NCBI GenBank assembly: GCA_951406725.2
Contig: OX597814.1
Span: 17,112,001 to 17,176,000, forward strand
Direction of reading: 5' to 3'
From: Octopus vulgaris
Taxonomy: Eukaryota
Length of the DNA stretch: 64,000 nucleotides
Numbering within the stretch: the stretch's first letter is position 1; the number at the start of each line of letters is the position of its first letter. Shown piece by piece: positions 15,078 through 26,211 of this stretch. The notes beneath the pieces were generated by a model. It saw nothing but the letters and a program-made list of their open reading frames with translations. It had not been told where the DNA came from and did no database searches. Made by a program: the position numbers and the translations under genes.

Positions 15078-15264
15078 GCAAAACAAAAACAAAAGACGAA
15101 GACAGGTGATGTAAACAACAAAGAGATGTATTAGAATAACGCTAGGGAAGTGAAAAAGTGTTAAACGTTTCGAGCCTACGTTCTTCCACAGAAAGGAAAA
15201 AAGAAAGAAACAAGGAGAAAAAATAAAGAATGCCTAGAGGCTAGCGTACTAGCATGGCGAATAT
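15072..15264 (-). mobile_element. ~190-nt relative of family A with a degenerate hammerhead
   Basis: Minus strand 15161-15195: cttt CTGTGGA a gaac-gtag-gctc GAAAC GTT taa. The layout matches family A, with A6 changed to U and imperfect stems. It is flanked by (GA)n and by (gcgaatataa)x4 plus (TA)n. Confidence 0.55.
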
Positions 15265-15297
15265 AAGCGAATATAAGCGAATATAAGCGAATATAAG

Positions 15298-15353
<56 letters not shown>

Positions 15354-15355
<2 letters not shown>

Positions 15356-15490
15356 CGAAGGAATGGCTGTGTGCTAAGTAGCTTGCTTACCAATTACATG
15401 GTTCCTTGGATAGGTATCTTCTTCTATAGCCTCGGACGGACGAAAGCCTTGTGAGTGGATTTGGTAGACGGAAACTGAAAGAAGCACGTT
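15354..15490 (+). mobile_element. SINE family 2, 5' fragment
   Basis: tggctgtgtgctaagtagcttgcttacc...gccttgtgagtggatttggtagacggaaactgaaagaagc. Confidence 0.75.
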
Positions 15491-15903
15491 GTATATACAT
15501 ACATATATGTGTGTGTGTGTGTTGTGTGTGTGTGTGTTTTGATCAAGAATACAACGCTCCACCCTTACAAGATTTGAAACCAAGGTCTCGTGGTCGGGAT
15601 ATCTAACCACTAGGACATGTGTCCTATACATATCGGGTACGTGCCGTCAGTAATTACTCAAGTTAGGCAGTTGGTGATGTTTGTGTAGTAAAACACACAC
15701 ACAAACAAAGAAAGAAAACGAAACAGGCGCGCGACTGAGTTGGAGGCAAATTTACTTTTGCCTTTATAGCACGTAAAGAAAACATTGTTGTAGGAATTAC
15801 GCAGCACGTGTACTACAGCAGTACTATGTGTAGCTCTAATACTGAGATTGAAAGGCAAGGGAGAATTATGCCTACCTAATCTACAAATATATATATCAAA
15901 ATG

Positions 15904-16103
15904 TGACCGCGTGTGTACCGTTGGCGATTTTCCTCCGTCTTCCCTTCTCTGGATCTTTCTTTTTCCTATGTTTCTGACGAAGAGCTCCGCTCGAAACGTA
16001 AAATCCTCCTTCTTCCCTTTCTTCCTGAGCGTCCAATAATACTATATTTGTTCCACGTCCTCGCGTTGTTGTGTTTTCTCTTTGTGTTTTCATGTTTGGA
16101 TTA

Positions 16104-16108
<5 letters not shown>
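15904..16108 (+). mobile_element. Family A hammerhead element copy 3
   Basis: Near-identical to 6395-6601 and followed by (TA)n. Confidence 0.82.
15970..16004 (+). ncRNA. Minimal type I hammerhead ribozyme, canonical core
   Basis: gttt CTGACGA a gagc-tcc-gctc GAAAC GTA aaat. Predicted cleavage is after the GUA ending at 16000. Stem III is the loopless palindrome ACGT (dimer type). Confidence 0.75.
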
Positions 16109-16162
<54 letters not shown>

Positions 16163-16286
16163 CATTTTATGAATAGTAATCAGACTAACATTCATAATTT
16201 TATTGAATTAGGTGCATATTTTGCCATATAAGTAAAATGTTACTATCGCTCTATTTCATTCAGAGTAGGCACTGCCTACCCAGGCG

Positions 16287-16393
<107 letters not shown>

Positions 16394-16448
16394 CACGCAC
16401 ACATACATGCATACATACAGATAGATAGATAGATAGATAGATAGATAT

Positions 16449-16499
<51 letters not shown>

Positions 16500-16825
16500 C
16501 ACATATATGGAGAATACAGACTACATTAAGCCTGATCATTTTGTTACGACTTCCCTATTTAACGAGCTCTCTATTTTACTGTATTTCATTTTTCGACTTT
16601 CAAATAAAACTATACTTAATACTGACTCCCTATCTCTGCTGCTTTTCATACTTATTCCCCCAATCTCCGTTTACTAAATCTCTACTTATATCAAGCTATA
16701 CAATTTCATTTGTTCTCGCAGTCCATTCCCTTCTGTCTGTCGCTATATTTCATCATAGATCTTATTAAACACCTGAAGGTACAGTCCAGCAGTACCAGTA
16801 TTACCTTTGCCAGTTATGCCACTAC

Positions 16826-17208
16826 CGTGGAGGCGCAATGGCCCAGTGGTTAGGGCAGCGGACTCGCGGTCATAGGATCGCGGTTTCGATTCCCAGACCG
16901 GGCGTTGTGAGTGTTTATTGAGCGAAAACACCTAAAAGCTTCACGAGGCTCCGGCAGGGGATGGTGGTGATCCCTGCTGTACTCTTTCACCACAACTTTC
17001 TCTTACTTCCTGTTTCTGTTGTACCTGTAATTCAAGGGGCTGGCCTTGTCACTCTCTGTGTCACGCTGAATATCCCCGAGAACTACGTTAAGGGTGCACG
17101 TGTCTGTGGAGTGCTCAGCCACTTACACGTTAATTTCACGAGCAGGCTGTTCCGTTGATTCGGATCAACCGGAACCCTCGCCGTCGTAACCGACGGAGTG
17201 CTTCCACC
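16826..17208 (+). mobile_element. tRNA(Arg)-like-headed SINE family 3, full length, with TSD
   Basis: Box A tggcccagtggttagg, box B ggtttcgattccc, TCG in the anticodon-arm position, and a perfect 10-bp TSD atgccactac at 16816-16825 and 17209-17218. Confidence 0.9.
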
Positions 17209-17358
17209 ATGCCACTACTGTTATGTGAATGATCACCGTCATCGACAACATCGTTTCAGGTACCATTACCACAATGACAACCTTTATCTTTTTTTTTAAC
17301 TGCTTAAGATCGATACGTCAGTTCTAACCCTATATTACGGAGCAATTAAAACAATAAT

Positions 17359-17572
17359 TCTTTTACTTGTTTCAGTCTTTTGACTGCGGCCATGCTGGAG
17401 CACTGACTTTAATCGAGCAACTCGACCCCGGGAACTTATTCTTTTGTAAGCCCAGTACTTATTCTATCGGTCTCTTTTGCCGAACCGCTAAGTAACGGGG
17501 ACATAAACGCACCAGCATCGGTTGTCAAGCAATGCTAGGGGGACAAACGCCGACACACAAACACACATACGC

Positions 17573-17613
<41 letters not shown>

Positions 17614-17778
17614 TACGACGGGCTTCTTTCAGTTTTCGTCTACCAAATCCACTCACAAGGCTTTGGTCGGCCCGAGGCTATAGTGGAAAACACTTGCCCA
17701 AGGTGCCACGCAGTGGGACTGTACTAGGAACCATGTGGTTGGTAAAGAAGCTACTTACCACACAGCCACTCCTACGCC
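17359..17778 (-). mobile_element. SINE family 2, full length
   Basis: Reverse complement matches the family 2 head through tail. Confidence 0.9.
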
Positions 17779-17822
17779 TATAAATGTTTATAATAATTAT
17801 TAATAGTTATCTCCAAGCTAAT

Positions 17823-18339
17823 ATCGGTTACTCTCATATTAGCTTCTCAAAATTGTGTATATACAAAAAAGAATTATAATAACCTATAGACATATAAATA
17901 TTTCTAAGTCTCTCTAAAGGAGACTACGGCAGTGGTACTGGATATTTATAGTTATCGCCAAGCTAATATGACAGTCCAGAAATATAGCGACGCCTGCTGG
18001 ATTCGGCTGATCTGCATTCATAAGGGGCAAATACCCTGAAACTAGTCTGCAGATGCCTGACCACCAAGGGGAAGCGGCGGACCTCCCCTGTTCGAAGGTT
18101 ATAATGGACACAGGTTCGTGTGTCACATAGCTAGCTAGAGGCGATGGCCTCTTGGAGCTAATCAACGGCAGCATTCGTGCTATATTTCTGGACTGCCATA
18201 TTAACTTGGCGATAACTATAAATATCCAGTACAGCTGCCGTAGTCTCCTTTAGAGAGACTTAGAAATATCAATATATCTATAGATTATAATAATTCTTTC
18301 TTGTATATACACAATTTTGGGAAGATGAGAGTACCCGAT
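17823..18339 (+). mobile_element. Long inverted-repeat element with a hammerhead fold in the spacer
   Basis: Arms ~17823-17998 and ~18169-18339 are reverse complements (for example tttctaagtctctctaaaggagactacggcag / ctgccgtagtctcctttagagagacttagaaa). Confidence 0.8.
18010..18054 (+). ncRNA. Type I hammerhead fold (U3-A8 variant, G5 mutated)
   Basis: atctgca TTCATAA gggg-caaata-ccct GAAA ctag TC tgcagat: perfect 7-bp stem I, 4-bp stem II, palindromic ACTAGT stem III. Confidence 0.65.
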
Positions 18340-18426
18340 TACACTGATCCCAACGTCCAGCTGGTACTTATTTAATCGACTTCGAAAGGATAAAAGGTAA
18401 ATCGACTTCGGAGAAATTTGGACTCA
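18340..18426 (-). mobile_element. SINE family 1 fragment
   Basis: ctggtacttatttaatcgacttcgaaaggataaaaggtaaatcgacttcggagaaatttg matches the reverse complement of the family 1 centre. Confidence 0.7.
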
Positions 18427-18512
18427 CTGTTGGCTTTTACTGCGCCTAGGGCTGAACTCGGTGTCCTTTTAAGTTGGCAAGGAGAGTTGAGTTTAACCCT
18501 AGGCGCGGTAAG

Positions 18513-18572
18513 AGCCACCGACGAGAATTAAGAGGCACGGCATCAAAATTCGAAATCAGCGGTGATCTGGCT
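18513..18572 (+). ncRNA. Complete monomeric type I hammerhead fold (U4C variant)
   Basis: agcca CCGACGA gaatt-(17 nt)-aattc GAAA tca-gcgg-tga TC tggct. All three stems pair; predicted cleavage is after the AUC ending at 18567. Confidence 0.72.
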
Positions 18573-18756
18573 ATGTCCGTTGGGGAGCTTACCTCCCCTT
18601 GTCAGTCATTATAAGACTACTTCTGTGGGTATTGAGTTGTTTTGACTCTTATTTCCAGCAATGTTAGTACAACTTAGCACCGTCTGTCACTTTAGTGTCG
18701 TCTATAAATTTGCCTTCAGGTTGTTAAATTTCTAAGCCACGCATATTATTTGTATG

Positions 18757-18805
<49 letters not shown>

Positions 18806-18809
<4 letters not shown>

Positions 18810-19135
18810 GCAGCGTGGAATATGTTTATAAGCCATTTAAGAAACACACAAAAACAGATAGATTCACTTCAACATTTAAATTTAATTTGTCAAAATATTT
18901 TCGTCGCTTTGAGACCGCGACCTGTTCACTGACAAAACTTTGTGCTGTCAGCGAACATGTCGCGGTCTCAAAGTGACGAAAATATTTTGACAAATTAAAT
19001 TTAAATGTTGAAGTGAATCTATCGGTTTTTGTGTGTTTCTTAAATGGCTTATAAACACCTTCCATGCAGCAGTTGTTTTCGTTCCAGCACACGATCTCAG
19101 ATCAGATCACTTGCTATGCAAGTACATCTCCGTAA
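18806..19135 (+). mobile_element. Palindromic hammerhead element (inverted plus direct pseudo-LTR with tail)
   Basis: Arms 18806-18934 and 18946-19074 are near-perfect reverse complements around an 11-nt loop. There is a unique 3' tail to ~19135, and the flanks are (TA)n. Confidence 0.85.
18886..18936 (-). ncRNA. Type I hammerhead fold (G3-C8 variant)
   Basis: Minus strand: tttgtca GTGAACA g gtcgc-ggtctcaaa-gcgac GAAA atat TT tgacaaa, with a 7-bp stem I, 5-bp stem II and palindromic AATATT stem III. The mirror copy on + at 18946-18992 has core GCGAACA. Confidence 0.68.
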
Positions 19136-19186
19136 TATATACATACACACACACACACACACATCTCTTGAGCACCACCAGCTCAA

Positions 19187-19385
19187 ATATTTTCTCCTCT
19201 GTCTTCCCTCCTTGGGATCTTTCCTTCTCCTTGTTTCCGACGAAGAGCTCCGCTCGAAACGTTAAACCCTCCTTCCCTTCTTTCCTGAGCGTCAATAATA
19301 CTTTAATTGTTCCACGCCCAGCGTTGCTGTGTTTTTTTCTTTTTTTTTTTCTCTTTTTTTCTGTGTTTTCTTGTTTGGATTAACT
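19187..19385 (+). mobile_element. Family A hammerhead element copy 4 (5'-truncated)
   Basis: 19233-19267: gttt CCGACGA a gagc-tcc-gctc GAAAC GTT aaac (perfect 4-bp stem I). It ends tttggattaact followed by (TA)n. Confidence 0.78.
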
Positions 19386-20168
19386 ATATATATATATGAC
19401 GGACTTTCACATAGTTCACAAAGTATTTTGTCAACACTGGGTTATAATAGATAATTCTTGCCCAAAAAGTTGTGCAGTGGAACTGATCTCCAATTCAAGT
19501 GTTTACAAATCAAACCTCTTAATTACTCTGCCAAGCCATCGTCAATGATAGAAAATGACTGGATGGCCATAAGTGGACACATTATTTTCTCTGTACTTGT
19601 TTGATTGGAGCTGCACCATGTCTAAAGAACAGCATTACAGACTGCAATAACACCATACTGGCTAGAGTCATAATAACGACTATTGCAAGTTTTAGCATTA
19701 CTCTTAGCCTCTAGCAAACACTCATAAATTTTTATATCATGTTCTACCAATGCTAGCACCCGTCATCCTACTCATATCTTATGTTAGCTATATTTCACTG
19801 TATACTTCTCCGATGTAATTTTGATTCTGCCAAGATCTATTTCCCAGAAAATTCCGTCACAATGTCACGTACATATTGCCTACATTGCAACTGATATATG
19901 AAGACACATCCACATAACTTATCGTAATTTCTTACACGCGTTTCCATACACGGGCTGACACATAATCAGGAAGATAAGTAGTTTATTTGTGTATAAGGTA
20001 TCATGTATAATGTGTGTGACTGCGTATATCTGCGTGTGTGAATATGTGTGTTACCAAAGTACGTATATATATATATTGTGGGAACCAGATATAGTTACAT
20101 GTATGTCCTGTAGGTATGTGTAAAACTCTGTCAATATAAATACATACATACATATATATATATATTTA

Positions 20169-20232
<64 letters not shown>

Positions 20233-20250
20233 TATATATATGTATGTATA

Positions 20251-20611
20251 GGCGCGGGGGTGGCTTTCTGGTAAGAAGCATGGTTTCGCGTTCAGTCCAA
20301 TTGCGTGTCACATTGGGCCGGTATCTTCTAGTATAGGCGGCGAGCTGGCAGAAACGTTAGCACGCCGGGCGAAATGCTTAGCGGTATTGCGTCTGCGTTA
20401 CGTTGTGAGTTCAAATTCCGCCGTGGTCGACTTTGCCTTTCATCCTTTCGGAATCGATGTAATCGACTTAATACCTATGTTTGTCCTTGTTTGTCCCCTC
20501 TGTGTTTAGTCCCTTGTGGGTAATAAAGAAATAGGTATCTTCTGGTATAGCCTCGGGCCGGCCAAAGCCTTGTGAGTGGATTTGGTAGACAGAAAGTGAA
20601 AGATGCCTGTC

Positions 20612-20612
<1 letters not shown>
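20251..20612 (+). mobile_element. SINE family 2 5' half interrupted by a family 1 SINE
   Basis: The family 2 sequence breaks at 20335 and resumes at 20534. Confidence 0.75.
20336..20533 (+). mobile_element. SINE family 1 (long-tail form), nested, 16-bp TSD
   Basis: Starts ggcggcgagctggcagaaacgttagc and ends aaagaaata. TSD ggtatcttct(a/g)gtata at 20320-20335 and 20534-20549. Confidence 0.88.
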
Positions 20613-20642
<30 letters not shown>

Positions 20643-20659
20643 TATAAAACTATTCTGGG

Positions 20660-22535
20660 AATGTCTCACAGTTTAGTACTAGTAGGGGACTAGAATGGGA
20701 TTTTAGAGGCATAGAAGAACTGTGCGGGGCTAGTACACAGAAGGGTATGCAAAAGCCTCGGAAACCTACTCAGACTTTCATTTGTCTGATAGGTATCGAC
20801 TGGATTTCCTTGATGTACCAGTATGGACATGGAGCACTCACAATGGGTCATCCAGACAGTATCTAGATAGAGTATTTGTTAGGTCAGAGAATAGGGATAG
20901 TGTAGGTTGTCCACAATTCAAATTGGTCAGTTACACAGACCATGAGTTTTTGATCTGCACAGTCGAGTTAGATAGAACTCGTAGACCGGGACTTGGTTAA
21001 TGGAAGTTAAACGCGTTCTTTCCTGTTAGCGAAGATTACAAGGACCGGATTAGTGAACTAGTTAAGCAGCATTTGACGGAGGCAATCGTCAACAACCGGT
21101 GGTGGGCCGCCTTGAAGAAGATTAGAGTAGCTGGCGTGAGCTGACGATTAGCGCAGCTGACGCGAGGTAATGTGAAATGCCAATAACAGCTGCTGAAATT
21201 TGGGAGCCGATAAGCGATTGCAAAAATCGCAGATCATCCGGTTTGTATGGTCTACCCAACGAATTCTATGTATTCATGCCAGATTTGTTTGACAACATCT
21301 TGGCAGACGTCTACTGTAACGGGCAACAGAATGGGAGAATTCTTAGTGCTGTTAGCAGAGGGGTGGTAACACTGCTGAGGAAGGACTGTGACAATGGGGA
21401 CGTACTAGAGAATTTTCGGCCCATAACTCTGCTAAAAACAGTTTAAGATTTTGGCCAGGGTGTTAGTGAAAATGTTAGCGCTTGTCGTCGGTGTCTTGGT
21501 TGGAGAAGCGCAAACGTGCGGAATCCCGATCAGGTCTATCCGCGACAACCGCTACCTTATGCGATACATCATAGAAATGGCTGGGACCAGAGCTGGCTTC
21601 GTGGGTGCTCTGATGCATTTGGATCAATCAAAAGCATTCGATAGGGTTGAACATCGTTACTTGGCAGCTGCCCTGAATGCAGACGGTTTCGGACCCGTTT
21701 CAGAGGCTGGGTTTCTGCAATGCTCAGTGGCACCTGTGCAGTGGTCAAAGTAAATGGCCACCTATCAGAGCTACTTGGATTCGCGCGCTCAGTCCATCAA
21801 GGCTGCTCCTTATCACCTCTTCTATACGTATTGGCAATCGAGCAAATGTTGTGGGAGTTGGAATAGCTAAGGGGCATCCCTTTAAAACTAGGACAAGGTA
21901 GGGCAGTGTCAGCATAACAGTTATGATGTCGGACGCCTCCGAAGTGGAGACGGTCGGCACCATCCTGAGGGAATATGAGTGGGCTATAGAGGCTAAAATC
22001 AACGGAGACAAATCGGTTGGTTTGCGCTTGAGCTCCTGGAGAGGCAGGACAGTGCCATCGGACGCTTGACCGACGGACCAGTTAAAGTACTTGGGGTCTG
22101 GTTGGTCCTGACCTCCAGGTTGATAAGAACTGGGATGAGGTGGCGAACAGGGGGGTCAGTCTTACCCAGAAATAGGCTGGAAGAAAGCTGTCGCTGAAAG
22201 GTCAGGCAGAGGTTGCGAATGCTTACATCACCTCCGTTATCATTTATCGCCTGACCGTCGTGCCTTGTTCAGGTACTGCTTGACCAGGCTGGAGCGTCTC
22301 TTACTTCAATTCTTGTGAAAAGGACGCGTTCCAATGGACGGAGCTGTAGTCCTGGGTGAAGAAAAAACAGAGACTGGGCGCCTGGCACCTAAAATGTCTT
22401 CAGGTGCTCACAAACCTCTACCAGTCAGGCAATGGGATCGGTGGATGTTCGACGTTAGAAATTTATAGAGGATTAGTAGCGGAGAAATGTAAGGACATTC
22501 TGGGGAAACTCTGGGCGCCGACGAAAACGAACTAG
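20660..22535 (+). mobile_element. Decayed L1/Tx1-clade LINE ORF2, copy A
   Basis: APE C-terminus YLDRVFVR...YTDH and G*WKLN; RT motifs SSGLYGLPNEFY, FRPITLL, LDQSKAFDRVEH, SVHQGC, AKINGDKSVG. There are many stops, frameshifts and deletions. Confidence 0.9.
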
Positions 22536-22545
22536 CCAGTTCGTT

Positions 22546-22590
<45 letters not shown>

Positions 22591-22839
22591 ATGTATATTT
22601 ATATATGTGTGTGTGTATATATATATATATGTATATATATATATGTATATATGTATGTATGTATATATATATATATATATGCTTATACGTATGCGTATAG
22701 ATGTCTGCGTATGTGTATACATAATACATACACACACACATACATATATGTATATATACACATACATGCATGCATACATACATACATACATACATACATA
22801 CATACATACATACATACATACATACATACATACATACAT

Positions 22840-25720
22840 GAAGTACCAGGTAGACAGGATAGTGATAAGAACTAGAGATAAGTCTAGTTTTAGTTGTCCA
22901 CAGCTCGTCCAGATGCCCTATACTGACCATAGAATGGTCAAGTGTAGACTGGACATAGATAGCACACTTAAGATAGGAACCGGCTACTGGAAGCTGAACA
23001 AGTCTATTTTGACTCGCGAGGCATACCGTAGCCGGATTAAGGAGTTAGTGCAGAGGGCGTTAACCGGAGCCGTGGTTAATAACCGGTGGTGGTTCGCCCT
23101 CAAAAGAGCCATTCGATTCGAGTCCGTTAGATTTAGTAAACAACTAAGACTAGATAGGGCTAGAATAGAAGGGCAACTAGTTAAGAACTTAGAGGAGGCG
23201 TTGAGGTTGGGCTCTGCATCTCACATTTTAGCGGCGAGAACGGCATTAGACCGTCACCTCAAAACCAAACATGAGGGATGTAGAGTTCGGGCTAAAGTAT
23301 GAGCATTGGGCCGTGAGGGAATTAATGTTGCCGGATGGGCCCGTGCGATAAAAACACAGCGTGGCAATGATGCCACAATTGGGTCTCTTGTTGATGAAAA
23401 CGGATGCACGGTCAAGAAGCGGGACAAGATGTGTGAGGCACTTCACAAGTACTTCGCCGAGTTGTTCGGGAGGTGCAGGACGCTGGATCATGGTGAGGCC
23501 CTTAGGGACTTCCTGTCTGGTGGCCCGCGTCTCTCAGCACATGAGGCTGAGTGCTGTGAAGGGCCAATCACAGCCGAGGAAGTAATCGAGGTGTTGGGCA
23601 AGTGCCCCGGGTAGAAGTCGCCGGGTCTCGATGGTCTGCCCTATGAATTTTATAAAAGTTTGCCAGACTTGCTCGGGCACCTGCTGGCTAGCGTCTACGC
23701 CAACTGGCAGCAGAATGGGAGAATTCCCAAGTCTGCGAGCCGGGGAGGGGGGTGACGTTGATCAGGAAGGACCCGAGCAAGGGGGACGAGATAGGGAACT
23801 TCAGGCCCATAACTCTGCTGAACACAGAGTTAAAGATTCTGGCCAAGGTGCTAGCAAAAAGATTGGCCAGTCTGGCCAGTCCAAAGCATTTGATGGGGTC
23901 GACCATCGGTATTTGGCCGCGGTCCTCGGAGAGGCTGGCCTAGGCCCGACCTTTCGAGGTTGGATCGCTGCTTTGTATAGCGACATCGAGTCTGTAGTCA
24001 AGGTGAACGGTTTCTTTTCGAAGCCGTTCAGGATCGAGCGTTCAGTTCGTCAAGGGTGTCCCCTGTCCTCGCTCCTATACGTATTGGTTCTTGAGCCTTT
24101 GCTGCGGAAGTTGGAGGCACTAGGGGGCGCGCTGCATGATCTATGGTGTGGAAGAGGAGCTACGGCGTATGCGGATGACACCTCCATCATCGTGGCAGAC
24201 GAAGGCCAGCTTCCAGTGGTGGAAGAGGCAATCAAAAGCTACGAGGCGGTGGAAGGAGCAAAGGTTAACAAGGACAAGTCGGTCGGTTTGCAACTCGGCA
24301 CCTGAAGGGGCAAGCCGATGCCGTCCAATAACGTCGTGGGGCGTTGGACGGAAGGTCCTGTTAAGCTGCTCGGCGTCTGGATTGGTCCACACCTCCAGAT
24401 AGAGAAAAATTGGAGTGAGGTGGCCAGCAAGGTGACCACTCTAACCCAGACCTGGTCTGGGCGGGCGTTATCCCTGCTAGGGAAGGCGGAGGTGGTGCAG
24501 ATGTTTATAGCATCAGTAATCACCTACCGTCTGACCGTGGTGCCTTGCCCCGATTTGTGGCTGAACAAGTTGGGGAGAATCCTATTCCGCTTTTTGTGAA
24601 AAGGAGGAAAGCCACTTGTAAAGCGCTCTATCTGCTGCAAGAAACCACTAATGGGTGGGCTAGGGATGCCTTGGCTGAGGATGCGAAAACTCGCGTTAAG
24701 GTTGAGGCACCTCTGGCTTTACCTGGATGGAGAGCAGGTTTGGTCACCGCTCGTCCGGTTCTACCTTCCCCAGTTAACATCCCTAACGGACATCGGTGCA
24801 TGGATCAAGCGGAGACCTAAACTGAGTGAATGGCATTTGGAGAGCCGTCATGCGCTCCATCTACTTTCTCGGGGGCAACGCCGGAAACAGGAGTTCCACC
24901 ACGGATTTCTATAGTGGGTTAGTGGAACTTATGTCAGAAGACGCCTTGAGGGAGACCCTGGGCTACGATGAAAATCAGTTGGTCAACCTGTTCCGGAGGA
25001 CGTTCGGGCCGGGGTATCTGGATAATTACCAGAAATCCCTGGCCTGGCAGTGTTTCCGTGCGGCTTTACCTGTTCGCGACAAGCTGTCAAGGCACGGTAG
25101 TGCCGTCTCGCCGACATGCCCGCGATGTGAGCAGGATAGGGAAACCGTCTTGCACGCATTCGTGGAGTGTCCGGAGTTATCGGGACTGATAGCTTTTGCC
25201 GAACAACTGTTGTCAGTGATGGGAAGAGTACAGCTATCAGCTGAGTCTATCATCGAGATTGTGCCGCCTCCTTTCCTTAACAGGGAAAGAAAGGCTTGTT
25301 TTTTCTGTGTAGTAGCCATACTGAAAGAAATAGTATGGAAGACGCGTACGAAAGGTATAGTGACAGGCACATTTGTCTCTGGCCAGGGATTGATTAACTT
25401 TTTTAGTTACCAGGCTGGAGAAGAGGTGTCTGTCACAAGATATGTTTGTGAAAAGATGGAAGCCTGTGGCATGCAAGCTGGGTATGTTTGGCACCAGGTA
25501 AGTGTGACCGGATCAAAAAGTAAAGGTTCTACCCGGATGGCTGGGTGTCTGTTTTTCGACATGATCATTAAGTCATATTTTTAAACATTGTCTTCGTAAA
25601 ATTCATTGTTTATAATCTTATCCGTAATTTCATTCGAAAATTTTAACTGTGTTAAGCTACTTCACCCCTTATATTTGTCTGTCCTTGTTTGTGTCTAAAT
25701 GGCAAATTATATGAAATAAA
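22840..25720 (+). mobile_element. Decayed 5'-truncated L1/Tx1-clade LINE ORF2 plus 3' UTR, copy B
   Basis: VDRIVIR...YTDH, GTGYWKLN, KSPGLDGLPYEFY, FRPITLLNTELKILAKVLA, QSKAFDGVDH, SVRQGCPLS, AYADDTS, GGLGMP, and C-terminal CPRCEQDRETVLHAFVEC zinc knuckle. Frameshifted. Confidence 0.93.
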
Positions 25721-26100
25721 GTAGCTTGCTAACCAATCACATGGTTCCGGGTTCAGTCCCACTGCGTGGCACCTTGGGCAAGTGTCTTCTGCTATAGCCC
25801 CGGGCCAACCAATGCCTTGTGAGTGAAATTGGTAGACGGAAACTGAAAGAAGCCTGTCGTATATATGTATATATTTATATGTGTGTCTGTGTTTGTATGT
25901 CTGTGTTTGTCCCCCTAGCATTGCTTGACAACCGATGCTGGTGTGTTTATGTCCCCGTCACTTAGCGGTTCGGCAAAAGAGACCGATAGAATAAGTACTG
26001 GGCTTACAAAGAATAAGTCCCGGGGTCGATTTGCTCGACTAAAGGCGGTGCTCCAGCATGGCCGCAGTCAAATGACTGAAACATGTAAAAGAGTAAAGAG
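25719..26100 (+). mobile_element. SINE family 2
   Basis: Matches the family 2 body and tail; the first bases of the head are missing. Confidence 0.9.
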
Positions 26101-26211
26101 AGAGAGAGAGAGAGAGAGAGAGAGTAAGGTTAGACCAACTAAAAAGAAACAGATTCGGATGTGTTTTCTGCTTGAATGAGGAACTCATGAACAGGGAATA
26201 TTCTCTTTCTC

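Noticed and set aside
15240-15265. gcatggcgaat resembling the HDV ribozyme J4/2 region
   Set aside because: No P1, P2 or P3 pairing can be built around it.
16826-16905. tRNA gene candidates at SINE heads (also 55320, 20336, 36764)
   Set aside because: No complete cloverleaf; they continue into SINE bodies and one is bounded by a TSD.
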